A stretch of DNA of 62,830 nt, the filler included, from an uncultured Synergistales bacterium (GTDB lineage Bacteria > Synergistota > Synergistia > Synergistales > Aminobacteriaceae), in the NCBI GenBank assembly GCA_937897575.1. It is 7 parts of 7 records of this genome, joined end to end, with 100 filler letters (N's around TTAATTAATTAA, not from the genome) between each part and the next. Parts side by side here need not be neighbours in the genome. Positions count along the whole stretch, not along the records: positions 4,610 to 16,290 come from CALCQG010000038.1; positions 16,391 to 26,033 come from CALCQG010000041.1; 5 more parts are not named here. One strand, 5' to 3'. The position numbers and the translations under genes are program-made. This document shows, piece after piece, positions 8,793 to 18,131 of this stretch. Under the pieces are notes generated by a model. The model saw nothing but the letters and a program-made list of their open reading frames with translations, made no database searches and had not been told where the DNA came from. Each line of letters starts with the position of its first letter. The first letter of the stretch is position 1.

Positions 8793-11359
8793 CGGCCCGA
8801 TCCGAGGAGCGCGGAGCGTCGGAGCAGTCTGTTCCCTTCTGGGCGATGCTTGAGGGCGACCTCCTCCGCAGCCTCGGGACGACGAAGGAGGGGTTGAGCG
8901 TCGAGGAGGCTGCGGAGCGCCTCAGGCGCTTCCGCCCGAACGCCGCCGCGTCGAAGGGCCGCTCCCGCGTCCTCATCCTGCTGCTCCGGCAGTTCACGAG
9001 CCCCGTGGTGCTGATCCTGATCGGAGCGGCCATCCTCTCCGTCCTCCTCCGGGACCTGGCGGACAGCGCCATCATCCTGGCCATCGTCCTCATCAGCGGC
9101 CTGCTCGGCTTCAAGCAGGAGTACGGAGCCGCCGCAGCGGTGAAAAAGCTGCTCGACACCGTGGAGCTGAAGGCCTCCGTGCTGCGCGGCGGGCAACGGC
9201 GGGACGTCCCCATGAATGAGGTCGTGCCGGGCGACATCGTGTACCTCTCGGCCGGCGACGGCATCCCGGGGGACTGCCGCCTGCTCGGGGACCGCGACCT
9301 CTCCGTCGACGAGGCGGCGCTCACGGGGGAGAACTATCCGGCGGAGAAGGAGCCGGGCGATCTGCCCGCCGACACGCCCCTGGCGCGCCGGACGAACGCC
9401 CTCTTCTTCGGGACCCACGTGGTGAGCGGAAGCGGTCTGGCCGCGGTGGTGACGACGGGTCGGGGCACGGTGTTCGGCGCCCTGGCCGACCGGATAGGCA
9501 CAACACCGCCGGAGACGGAGTTCGAGCGGGGCGTCCGCCGATTCGGCATCTTTCTCTCGGAGATCACCTTCATCCTCGTCGTGCTGATCTTCGCGATCAA
9601 CGCCTACCTCCACAAGCCGGTGCTCGAGTCCTTCCTCTTCGCTCTGGCCCTCTCCGTCGGGCTGACGCCCCAGCTGCTCCCGGCGGTGATCAGCGTCAAC
9701 CTCGCCCGGGGCGCCCAGGAGATGGCGAAGCGGCGGGTCATCGTCAAGAAGCTCAGCGCGATAGAGAACTTCGGCGCCATGAACGTGCTCTGTTCGGACA
9801 AGACGGGGACCATCACCGAGGGGAAGATAGAGCTTCACTCCGCCGTGGACCGGGACGGGAGGGCGAGCGACCGGGTGTTGCGCCACGCTCAACTCAACGC
9901 CCTCTTCCAGACGGGGTTCCGCAACCCCATCGACCAGGCGCTCGTGGCCTGTCGGCCCTTCGACGCCCGGGCAGAGGGGTGGGCCAGGGTGGACGAAGTC
10001 CCCTACGACTTCGTGCGGAAGCGCCTCTCCATCCTCGCCTCCCATGAGGGGCGGTCCTGGCTGATCACCAAGGGGGCCCTGTCCAACGTCCTGGAGGTCT
10101 GCTCGTCCGCCGAGGGGGAGGGGAGTGCGCCGGTCCCCATGGACCAGGCCAGGGAGGGAATCGAAAGGCTGTACAGGGAGCTGAGCGCGAAGGGCTTCCG
10201 CACCCTGGGCGTCGCCCTCCGGGAGCTGCCCGCCGGGACGGCGGCCGTGAAGCGCCAGGACGAGGTCGCCATGACGTTCCTCGGCCTGCTCGTCCTGTAC
10301 GACCCGCCCAAGGAGGGCATCGAGAGGACCATCGCGGCGTTGAAGGAGCTTGGCGTCGCGCTGAAGATCGTCACGGGGGACAACGCCCTCGTCGCCGCCG
10401 AAGTGGCCCGGTCCATGGGGTTCGAGAACCCGGTGGTGCTCACGGGGGGCGAGGTGAAACTGCTCTCCGAAGAGGCCCTTCCCGTGCGGGCAGGCACCGC
10501 GGACGTCTTCGCCGAGATCGAGCCGAACCAGAAGGAGCGGATCATCCTCGCCCTGCGAAGGGCGGGCAACGTGGTGGGCTACATGGGCGACGGGATCAAC
10601 GACGCTCTGGCGCTCCACGGGGCGGACGTGGGCATCTCCGTTCAGGACGCCGTGGATGTGGCGAAGGACTCGGCGGACATCGTCCTGCTCGATCGGGACC
10701 TCGGCGTGCTCGAGGCGGGCATCCGGGAGGGGCGCAGGACCTTCGCCAACACGATCAAATACGTTCTGATGGCGGCGAGCGCCAACTTCGGCAACATGTT
10801 CAGCATGGCCGGCGCGTCCCTTTTTCTCCCCTTCCTGCCCCTTCTGCCGAAGCAGATTCTGCTGACGAATCTCTTCACGGACCTGCCGGAGCTCACCATC
10901 GCCACGGACGAGGTGGACCCCGAATGGATCGTCCGGCCCAGGCGGTGGAGCGTGACGTTCATCCGCCGTTTCATGCTGACCTTCGGCCTCGTGAGCTCGC
11001 TGTTCGACTACCTGACCTTCGCCGTCCTCCTCTTCGGCCTCTCGGCGGGGCCTCAGGAGTTCAGGACGGGGTGGTACCTCGAGTCCGTCGTCTCGGCGAG
11101 CCTCGTCGTTCTCTCCGTCCGGACCAGGCGGGGCATCGTCGGGAGCACCCCCTCCCGTCCACTGCTCTTCGCCACGGGCGCTGTCGTTCTCCTCGCTCTT
11201 CTTCTGCCCTACACGCCCCTGGGCGGGGTCTTCGGCTTCATCGCCGCTCCGATGCGTTTCGTCGCGCCCATGGCGGCCATCGTGGCCGCGTACATCATCT
11301 CCGTCGAGGCGGTGAAGCGGTGGGTCTACGCCAGATACGGCGCGGAAACCCTCTCGTAA
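8789..11359 (+). CDS. mgtA: Magnesium-translocating P-type ATPase
   Basis: ATG overlaps mprF stop (ATGA); DEAALTGE, VGLTPQLLP, CSDKTGT, MGDGINDA, SANFGNMFS typical of P3B Mg pumps. Confidence 0.9.
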   Translation: MTARSEERGASEQSVPFWAMLEGDLLRSLGTTKEGLSVEEAAERLRRFRPNAAASKGRSRVLILLLRQFTSPVVLILIGAAILSVLLRDLADSAIILAIVLISGLLGFKQEYGAAAAVKKLLDTVELKASVLRGGQRRDVPMNEVVPGDIVYLSAGDGIPGDCRLLGDRDLSVDEAALTGENYPAEKEPGDLPADTPLARRTNALFFGTHVVSGSGLAAVVTTGRGTVFGALADRIGTTPPETEFERGVRRFGIFLSEITFILVVLIFAINAYLHKPVLESFLFALALSVGLTPQLLPAVISVNLARGAQEMAKRRVIVKKLSAIENFGAMNVLCSDKTGTITEGKIELHSAVDRDGRASDRVLRHAQLNALFQTGFRNPIDQALVACRPFDARAEGWARVDEVPYDFVRKRLSILASHEGRSWLITKGALSNVLEVCSSAEGEGSAPVPMDQAREGIERLYRELSAKGFRTLGVALRELPAGTAAVKRQDEVAMTFLGLLVLYDPPKEGIERTIAALKELGVALKIVTGDNALVAAEVARSMGFENPVVLTGGEVKLLSEEALPVRAGTADVFAEIEPNQKERIILALRRAGNVVGYMGDGINDALALHGADVGISVQDAVDVAKDSADIVLLDRDLGVLEAGIREGRRTFANTIKYVLMAASANFGNMFSMAGASLFLPFLPLLPKQILLTNLFTDLPELTIATDEVDPEWIVRPRRWSVTFIRRFMLTFGLVSSLFDYLTFAVLLFGLSAGPQEFRTGWYLESVVSASLVVLSVRTRRGIVGSTPSRPLLFATGAVVLLALLLPYTPLGGVFGFIAAPMRFVAPMAAIVAAYIISVEAVKRWVYARYGAETLS

Positions 11360-11486
11360 GAAGAGAATGGGGCGCTCCCCGCAGGGGCTCCGTCCTTCGG
11401 GGCGCTCTCACGCCCTTTTGCACGGTCGCCGCGTTTTTTTGATATAGTAGAAGGAACGTGGCTTCGGCACGGAGTCCGGGGAGAGG

Positions 11487-13154
11487 ATGGTGCGGAAGGG
11501 TATGGTGAAACGGTTCGTCTCCGACCTGCGGAAGGAGTTCGCGGGGTACGGTGCGACGGCCCTGACGAAGGACGTCATGGCCGGCATGACGGTGGCGGCG
11601 GTCGCGCTGCCGCTGGCCTTGGCTTTCGGCGTCAGCAGCGGGGCGGATGCCGCGGCGGGGCTCATCACGGCCATCATCGCCGGGCTTGTGGTCAGCCCGC
11701 TGAGCGGGGCCTACTACCAGATATCGGGGCCCACGGGCGCCATGGCGGCGATTCTGATCTCCGTGACGGCGGAGTACCAGCTTCAGGGGGTCTTCATCGC
11801 CACCCTCATGGCGGGCGTCATCCTGCTGCTCTGCGGGTTTTTCCGCGTCGGACGGCTGGCGTCCTTCCTTCCGTCGTCGGTCATCGCCGGTTTTACCTCG
11901 GGCATCGCGGTCATCATCGCCTTCGGGCAGATCGACAACCTTTTCGGCGTGGTGTCGAAGGGGGAGTCCCTCGTGTCCCGCCTCCTGAGCTACCGGACCC
12001 TCGGCTTTTCGCCCCACTGGGGGAGTGTGGCCATCGGCCTCTTCATCATCCTGTTCATGGTCTTCCTGCCGAAAAAGTGGCAGAGGTACGCCCCGGCGTC
12101 CCTGACGGGGATCATCATCGCCACGGCGGCGGCCGTCCTCCTGGGGCTCGACGTGCCGTCCACGGGGGCGATCCCCAAGACCCTCTTTCCGGCGGAGCGG
12201 CTCAGCCTGGGGAGCATGAACCTTCAGAACGTCTCCCAGCTCATCCCGCCCGCCATCTCCATCGCCATGCTGGGCATGATCGAGAGCCTGCTCTGCGGCG
12301 CCAGCGCCGGGAAGATGACGGGCGTCCGGCTCAACGGGGACCAGGAGCTTCTGGCCCAGGGCGTGGGGAACATCCTGATCCCCTTCTTCGGCGGTGTCCC
12401 CCTGACGGCGGCCATCGCCAGGACGAGCGTGGCCATCAAGTCCGGCGCCCGGACCCGCCTGACGGGCGTTTTTCACGGCATCGGACTGCTTGCCGCCATG
12501 TTTCTGCTGGCCCCCCTCATGTCCCGAATCCCCCTCGCCGCCCTGGCGGGGGTGCTCATCGTCACGGCGTGGCGGATGAACGACTGGGCCTTCATGAAGT
12601 ACATCGCCTCGAAGCGCTTCACGGTCCCCATGGTCAAGTTCGCGGCCACCATGGCGGCCACGGTGGTCCTGGACCTCACGGCGGCGATCCTCATCGGCGT
12701 GCTCCTCTCCTTTGTGCTGCTCATCGTCCGCCTGTCGAGGATAGAGATCAACTACGAAGAGGTGGACATGGACCGGATCGGCTGCACGGACCCGGCCCTC
12801 GCCGAGCGGTACTCGAACGCCGTGGTGAGCTACATCACGGGGCCGGTGATCTTCGCCAACACGGAGGCCGTGGAGGAGATCGGGACGCAGGTCGGGAAGT
12901 ACGACACGCTGTTCCTCTCCATGCGGGGCGTCTCGCTGATGGACATCTCCGGCGCCCAGGCCGTCATGGACATGGTGCAGGCGTTGAAGGAGAGGGGTGT
13001 GGACGTGGCCATGTGCGCTCTGCCCAAGGGGACCATGGAGACGGTGCGGCGGAGCGGCATCTACGACCTGCTGGGCGAGGGGAGTTTCTACTGGAGCGTG
13101 GAGCGGGCGTTGCTGGACCTGCGTCCGAGGCCGTCGTCCGCTTCGTCGAAGTGA
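11487..13154 (+). CDS. SulP-family anion transporter with STAS domain
   Basis: AGMTVAAVALPLALAFG, GPTGA, NGDQELLAQG, STAS-type MDISG. Confidence 0.92.
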   Translation: MVRKGMVKRFVSDLRKEFAGYGATALTKDVMAGMTVAAVALPLALAFGVSSGADAAAGLITAIIAGLVVSPLSGAYYQISGPTGAMAAILISVTAEYQLQGVFIATLMAGVILLLCGFFRVGRLASFLPSSVIAGFTSGIAVIIAFGQIDNLFGVVSKGESLVSRLLSYRTLGFSPHWGSVAIGLFIILFMVFLPKKWQRYAPASLTGIIIATAAAVLLGLDVPSTGAIPKTLFPAERLSLGSMNLQNVSQLIPPAISIAMLGMIESLLCGASAGKMTGVRLNGDQELLAQGVGNILIPFFGGVPLTAAIARTSVAIKSGARTRLTGVFHGIGLLAAMFLLAPLMSRIPLAALAGVLIVTAWRMNDWAFMKYIASKRFTVPMVKFAATMAATVVLDLTAAILIGVLLSFVLLIVRLSRIEINYEEVDMDRIGCTDPALAERYSNAVVSYITGPVIFANTEAVEEIGTQVGKYDTLFLSMRGVSLMDISGAQAVMDMVQALKERGVDVAMCALPKGTMETVRRSGIYDLLGEGSFYWSVERALLDLRPRPSSASSK

Positions 13155-13257
13155 TCGCCACCCCTGACAATCGAACGATCCGGTCTGCGCCGCGCTCCCG
13201 TGAGCGGCGGCCTGCGGCCGGGATCATACGCAGTGCTGAAAGGGTGCGTGCTGTTCC

Positions 13258-14580
13258 ATGGGAGTCCAACTCCTCGTCATTCTGCTGCTGACGCTGCTGA
13301 ACGGGTTCTTCTCCATGAGCGAGATCGCGCTGGTGTCGCTCAACGACAACATGATCAAGGTCAAGGCCGAGAAGGGGGACCGGAAATCCGTCACCCTCTA
13401 CCGGCTGCTGCAGAACTCGAACCAGTTCCTGTCCACCATTCAGATCGGCATCACCCTGGCGGGCTTCCTCTCGTCGGCCTTCGCCAGCGACGCCTTCGCC
13501 GACGAGCTCATCGCCCTCATCCTCAGGACCTTCCCCACAGGGAATGCCGCGGTGCTGAAGCCGGTGGCCATGGTGGTCGTGACCCTCATCCTCTCCTACT
13601 TCACCATCGTGCTCGGCGAGATGCTCCCGAAGCGGATCGGCATGGCCGCCCCCGAGCGCATCTCCTACGCCGTCGCGGGGTTCATCAACCTGGTGAGCAA
13701 GATCATGGCGCCCGTGGTGGCGCTGCTCTCCGTCTCGACGAACGCAGTCGTGTGGCTCCTTCGGATCGACTCGGACAAGAACCGGGAGAACGTGACGGAG
13801 GAGGAGATCCGCATCATGGTGGACGTGGGGCAGGAGGAGGGGACCATCCAGGAGAACGAGAAGGTCCTCATTCACAACGTCTTCAACTTCGACAAGCACC
13901 CCGCGACGGACATCATGACCCACCGGACGGACATCGTGGCCTTCGACGTCCAGACGCCCTACGGCGAACTCCGACGGACGGCCTTTACCGAGCGGTACTC
14001 GCGGTACCCCGTCTACGAGGGGTCCATCGACAACATCGTGGGGATCGTCCACCTGAAGGACCTGCTGGCCTCGGAGGACGAGGTGGGGCCCGGGTTCGAC
14101 GTCCGGAACGTCATGCGGGAGGCCTACTTCGTCCCGGAGACCGTCTACAACGACAAGCTGCTCTACAACATGCAGAAGAACAAGGCGCACATGGCGATCC
14201 TCATCGACGAGTACGGCGGGACGGCGGGGCTCATCACCATGGAGGACCTCCTCGAGGAGATCGTGGGGGACATCTATGACGAGCACGACGAATACGAGCC
14301 AAAGGAGATCGAGACACTGGGGGAAGACGAGTACCTGATCGCCGGCAACCTGTCCCTGGATCAGGTGGAGAATCTGGTCTACATCGGCCTGCCTCTGGAC
14401 GACTACAGGACGCTGAGCGGCTTCGTCGTGGGCGAGCTCGGCCATCTGCCTGAGCCCGGGGACAGAGGGTTCACATTCACCTTCGGCGGCTATGGCTTCG
14501 AGATCGTGGAGGTGGCGGACATGGTCATCGAAAAGGTCCGCATGTACAAGCTGCCCAAGGGGCCGGAAGACGAGGACTAG
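13258..14580 (+). CDS. HlyC/CorC (CNNM/DUF21-CBS) family transporter
   Basis: LNGFFSMSEIAL, GEMLPK, YSRYPVY, DEYGGTAGLITMEDLLEEIVG. Confidence 0.92.
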   Translation: MGVQLLVILLLTLLNGFFSMSEIALVSLNDNMIKVKAEKGDRKSVTLYRLLQNSNQFLSTIQIGITLAGFLSSAFASDAFADELIALILRTFPTGNAAVLKPVAMVVVTLILSYFTIVLGEMLPKRIGMAAPERISYAVAGFINLVSKIMAPVVALLSVSTNAVVWLLRIDSDKNRENVTEEEIRIMVDVGQEEGTIQENEKVLIHNVFNFDKHPATDIMTHRTDIVAFDVQTPYGELRRTAFTERYSRYPVYEGSIDNIVGIVHLKDLLASEDEVGPGFDVRNVMREAYFVPETVYNDKLLYNMQKNKAHMAILIDEYGGTAGLITMEDLLEEIVGDIYDEHDEYEPKEIETLGEDEYLIAGNLSLDQVENLVYIGLPLDDYRTLSGFVVGELGHLPEPGDRGFTFTFGGYGFEIVEVADMVIEKVRMYKLPKGPEDED

Positions 14581-14597
14581 TTCGAGCGGAACGCGAG

Positions 14598-14634
14598 CGG
14601 ATGGCCGGGCGGCGCACCTCCGCCCGGCCATCCG
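14598..14634. terminator. Perfect 15-bp hairpin between convergent genes (terminator or element-end hairpin)
   Basis: CGGATGGCCGGGCGG-N7-CCGCCCGGCCATCCG; no U-tract. Confidence 0.55.
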
Positions 14635-14637
14635 TCG

Positions 14638-15405
14638 TCAGTTGATGCTGAGTGAGGCGGGGGCCATCTCCAGGACCGCCGAGCGGGGGAAGAGGAGGTT
14701 CGTCCCCGTCCAGTTCGAACGGCGGGCGAGGAGGCACGGGGCGGCGGCCCGGTCCTCCTCGGGGAACGCGGCCCGGACGGGTTTTTTCCAGAGCCTGGAC
14801 CGGATGATGGGCCGGGCGAAGTCGTCGCCGAAGACAAGGCGGCCGATGTTGATGGCGGCGTTGATGTCCCGGTCGAGGGTCTCGCCGTTCCGGGAGCGGT
14901 AGGTCCGTCCGTGGAGGCCGGTGCTGCCCCGCGACTGTTTCTCCCTGCCGTAGGGGACGGGCCGCAGCTTCTCGAGGGCGAGGGCGTCCTTCTGGGTGGT
15001 GAAGGCCTCGTCCACGATCTCCACGTCGATGTGCGAGAGGGCGCACTCGAAACGAAGGGTGCTCAGGATCTGGATGTCGAGGTTCAGCAGCGGGTTGCCT
15101 GTGAGGGAGCCGTAGGTCACCTTGAAGGGGTTCTTGATCGCCCGGTTGCCCACGGCGATGCTCTTCACGCCCCATTCGGCGCAGAGGCCGATGAGGTAGG
15201 AGCATCGGGCGTGCACGTGCCTTCGGACGGACGCGAGGACCGCCTCCCCATGGCCTCCCACGGCGGCGAAGCCCCGCATCGTCCCCGCCGTGAGGGTGTT
15301 CGGCACCAGGACGGGGGCCGTCTCGGGGCGATCGCAGACGATGGCGAAGAGGTGCCGCTCGCCCATATCGATTCCGATGCGGTACTGCGCTCTCTTTTTC
15401 AGCAT
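14638..15405 (-). CDS. TnpB-derived RuvC-lobe-only protein (255 aa)
   Basis: RuvC-I IGIDMG (D13), VG at canonical RuvC-II site, VDEAFTTQKD (E133), RTYRSRNGETLDRDINAAINIGR (D180); RBS GGGAGGAG before ATG; lacks N-terminal WED/REC. Confidence 0.75.
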   Translation of the reverse strand: MLKKRAQYRIGIDMGERHLFAIVCDRPETAPVLVPNTLTAGTMRGFAAVGGHGEAVLASVRRHVHARCSYLIGLCAEWGVKSIAVGNRAIKNPFKVTYGSLTGNPLLNLDIQILSTLRFECALSHIDVEIVDEAFTTQKDALALEKLRPVPYGREKQSRGSTGLHGRTYRSRNGETLDRDINAAINIGRLVFGDDFARPIIRSRLWKKPVRAAFPEEDRAAAPCLLARRSNWTGTNLLFPRSAVLEMAPASLSIN

Positions 15406-15548
15406 GACGCTCCTCCCTTTCCCCTTCCGTGATTGGCCGCCATAAAAGAAAGGGCCGCATACCAGACGGCATGCAGCCCGAACGCACTCTCTCCGGATCG
15501 AGAACACTCGTTGCCTGATTGGCGGCGCCAACTTCCGCATATGTCCAT
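15399..15548 (-). CDS. Putative 49-aa leader ORF (MDICGSWRRQ...GGASC) whose stop overlaps the TnpB-like start
   Basis: GGGAGG 6 nt before ATG; runs through the terminator hairpin. Confidence 0.35.
   Translation of the reverse strand: MDICGSWRRQSGNECSRSGESAFGLHAVWYAALSFMAANHGRGKGGASC
15444..15479 (-). terminator. Intrinsic terminator in the 5' leader of the TnpB-like gene
   Basis: GGGCTGCATGCC-GTCT-GGTATGCGGCCC-TTTCTTTT on minus strand. Confidence 0.75.
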
Positions 15549-15594
15549 TTTCTGCCTCCCAGGCCCAACATGTAGTGTCTTTTCTATGGAGTAT

Positions 15595-15623
15595 ACTGTA
15601 TATGTATGGCTCTGTCTTGTCAA
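15595..15623 (-). promoter_or_regulatory. Sigma70-type promoter
   Basis: TTGACA-N17-TACAGT. Confidence 0.6.
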
Positions 15624-15796
15624 CGCTGTTTCGCGCTGTTTTACCGAGCTGTTACCTTCGCGAAAGGGTGACGCAAGGCGGAGAGACCGACGGCATCCCC
15701 TGCGGCGGGACTTTTGGGCCGTTCTGATGTATAGTACGAAAAAATACGGTCGTCCCGCCGACGGGAGCGAAGGCCCCGGCCGAAAGGAGTTGTGCG

Positions 15797-16290
15797 ATGA
15801 AGCGATCCTCTCTGCTCCTCGTCCTGTTCCTCCTGTTCATGATCTGCTCCGCCCCGTCCTCCTGGGCGGCGGAGGAGGTCATCCACCGGTTCGACGTCAC
15901 GGCTTCGGTCCACAGGGACGCCTCCGTCACGGTGGTGGAGCGGATGCACCTCACCTCGCTCGGACAGGAGATCCGACGGGGCATCATCCGGGTCTTCCCC
16001 ACGGACTACACGGGGCCGTCGGGGCGGGTGCGGACCGGTTTTCAGCTGCTCTCCGCCAGACTCGACGGACGACCGGTGCCGGCTTCGGTGGAGCGGGTCG
16101 GAGGGAACCTCGAGATACGCCTCGGCGACCCGAATGTCTTCGTCCCTCCGGGGGAGCACACCTATGAAATAGAGTACCGCACCGTCGGATGGATCGGGTT
16201 CTACGAAAACCAGGACGAGCTCTACTGGAACGTGACGGGCAACGACTGGATATTCCCCATCGAACGGGCCTCCTTCCTCGTGATCCTCCC
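15797..16290 (+). CDS. DUF2207-family secreted/membrane protein, 3' truncated by gap
   Basis: Signal peptide; GIIRVFP, YEIEY, DELYWNVTGNDWIFPIERAS. Confidence 0.8.
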
Positions 16291-16390
16291 NNNNNNNNNN
16301 NNNNNNNNNNNNNNNNNNNNNNNNNNNNNNNNNNTTAATTAATTAANNNNNNNNNNNNNNNNNNNNNNNNNNNNNNNNNNNNNNNNNNNN
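16291..16390. other. Assembly gap / contig linker
   Basis: N-run with TTAATTAATTAA. Confidence 0.98.
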
Positions 16391-16542
16391 AGGACCACGG
16401 CCGACGAGGGAGAGGGGTATTCGGAGAGGATGCAGTCCGCCGAACGGACGCCCGCATTCTCCATGAGCAGCCGCTCCGGTATGCCGAGCCCAAGCAAGAA
16501 TTCCTCCGCTTTCCGGATGGCCTCCGGCCCGTAGTAGTTCAT
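16391..16542 (-). CDS. nnrE: NAD(P)H-hydrate epimerase/dehydratase (YjeF) N-terminus, truncated
   Basis: GIPERLLMENAG; follows acpS. Confidence 0.75.
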
Positions 16543-16904
16543 GGTTTGCCCTCGATGACCACCATCGCCACGGCATAGTCTCCGTCGTGGGAGATGGAGA
16601 GGTGCGCGACGATCCCGTCGGGCAGGAGCGCTCGGACGGAGTCGTCAAACACTATGGCCGGCGCGGATTCGCCCCGCCGCACCCACACCTTCCGGAAGGC
16701 AACGGAGTACATGGACAGGGACGTGGCCTTGGAAAAGGCCTCCCTCGCCGCGAAACTCCCGGCAAAGTGCCTGGCCGGGCGCCCCTTCGAGAGGGCATAG
16801 GCCACCTCCTCCGGATGGAAGACCCTTTGCACGAAATGGGCCGACCGAACGGCTCGCTCCATCCTGGCGACGGAACACAGGTCGACACCGATCCCCACTA
16901 TCAC
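16539..16904 (-). CDS. acpS: Holo-ACP synthase
   Basis: MIVGIGVDL, FAAREAFSKA, HLSISHDGDYAVA. Confidence 0.93.
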   Translation of the reverse strand: MIVGIGVDLCSVARMERAVRSAHFVQRVFHPEEVAYALSKGRPARHFAGSFAAREAFSKATSLSMYSVAFRKVWVRRGESAPAIVFDDSVRALLPDGIVAHLSISHDGDYAVAMVVIEGKP

Positions 16905-17041
16905 AGGACATCCCCCATTTCATGGATTCACAGCCGCATTATATACCACGGGCATGAAAAACACCCCGCCACCGCTCTTTCTGACGGAGGGACGGAACAA
17001 AACGGGTCCGGGAGAAAACCTCCCGGACCCTGTTCTTTGCT

Positions 17042-17116
17042 TGGTGGGTGGTATAGGAATCGAACCTATGACCTCTTCCGCGTCAAGGAAGCGTTCTTCC
17101 TCTGAACTAACCACCC
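17042..17116 (-). tRNA. tRNA-Val (GAC)
   Basis: GGGTGGT acceptor stem, anticodon arm CTTCC-TTGACGC-GGAAG, GGTTCGATTCC T-arm, encoded CCA. Confidence 0.96.
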
Positions 17117-17171
17117 AACGGACAAAAATGATACCGTTCTCGCGGGATATTGTCAATCCCGGCTCTCGAGC

Positions 17172-18131
17172 TCATCCCGAAACGGGCGGGAGATCGTCCT
17201 CCATGCTCCCGATCGCTCTGCCTAACATTTCGTACAACGAGGGGGCGTCCTTCATCGCGCGATCGAACAGCGCCGCAGTCTCCCGAACGTCTTCGGCCAT
17301 TCTCGCCTTCAGTTCGTCCGACGACGGAAACCGCTCCTCGTCCCTGATGAACTGCTCGAGAAACAGCCGGATTTTTTTGTCGTAGAGATCGCCCTCGTAC
17401 CCGACGACGTAGGTCTCCACCCTGACGGTCCCGTTTTTCAGAAAGGTCGGGTTGCTCCCTATGTTCAGCGCACCCGGCCACCATCGACCGTCGAGGAAGA
17501 CCGACGCGCCGTAGACCCCTCTTCTGGGGAGGACCTTCGTCGATGCGTAGCCGATGTTGGCCGTCGGGAAGCCGAGCCCTTCCCCGCGCCCATCGCCGTG
17601 GATCACCCGCCCCCCCATGAAGAAGGGGTAGCCGAGCAGTTTTTTCGCCTGAGCCATCTCCCCGAGCAGGACATGATTCCTGATGGAACTGCTCCCGACC
17701 TTGGCCCCGTTCAGGATGAGGGAGTCAAGCGCCTTGAAACGCCACTGCCTTTGACGACAGTAGTCCCCGAGGAAGGAAGCGTCCCCCTCCCGTCCGCGGC
17801 CGAAACGAAAGTCCACCCCCGTCACGATCCCGTCGATCGGGAATCTCGCCCCGACCATGTCGAGGAACGCTTCAGGCGGCATCGAGGCCACATCCCGGGT
17901 AAAGGGGATGCGGATCATCGAGGGGATATTGAGCAAGTGGGCCAGGAAATCCCGCTCCTCTTCGACGAAAAGGACCGGTTGTCCGTGAACACGAAGCACC
18001 GTCGCCGGGTGCGGCGTGAAGGTGATGACGGCCCATCGCCCGTCGGAGTCGCCTGCAAGGGCCCGGGCGGCGTCCAAAAGACGCCGGTGCCCGAGGTGGA
18101 AACCGTCGAACGCTCCAAGGACCGCGATCAT
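17172..18131 (-). CDS. ribF: Riboflavin kinase/FAD synthetase
   Basis: GAFDGFHLGH, DFRFG, GFPTAN, NIGSNPT. Confidence 0.95.
   Translation of the reverse strand: MIAVLGAFDGFHLGHRRLLDAARALAGDSDGRWAVITFTPHPATVLRVHGQPVLFVEEERDFLAHLLNIPSMIRIPFTRDVASMPPEAFLDMVGARFPIDGIVTGVDFRFGRGREGDASFLGDYCRQRQWRFKALDSLILNGAKVGSSSIRNHVLLGEMAQAKKLLGYPFFMGGRVIHGDGRGEGLGFPTANIGYASTKVLPRRGVYGASVFLDGRWWPGALNIGSNPTFLKNGTVRVETYVVGYEGDLYDKKIRLFLEQFIRDEERFPSSDELKARMAEDVRETAALFDRAMKDAPSLYEMLGRAIGSMEDDLPPVSG

Noticed and set aside
15650..15690. GAAA...GACGCAAGG hairpin resembling c-di-GMP-I upstream of the DUF2207 gene
   Set aside because: Lacks the GGnAAA 5' motif and a P3 consensus; only a short hairpin.
14581..15700. 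Intact IS200/IS605 or IS607 element
   Set aside because: No tnpA, TnpB lacks its N-terminal half, and element ends cannot be defined.
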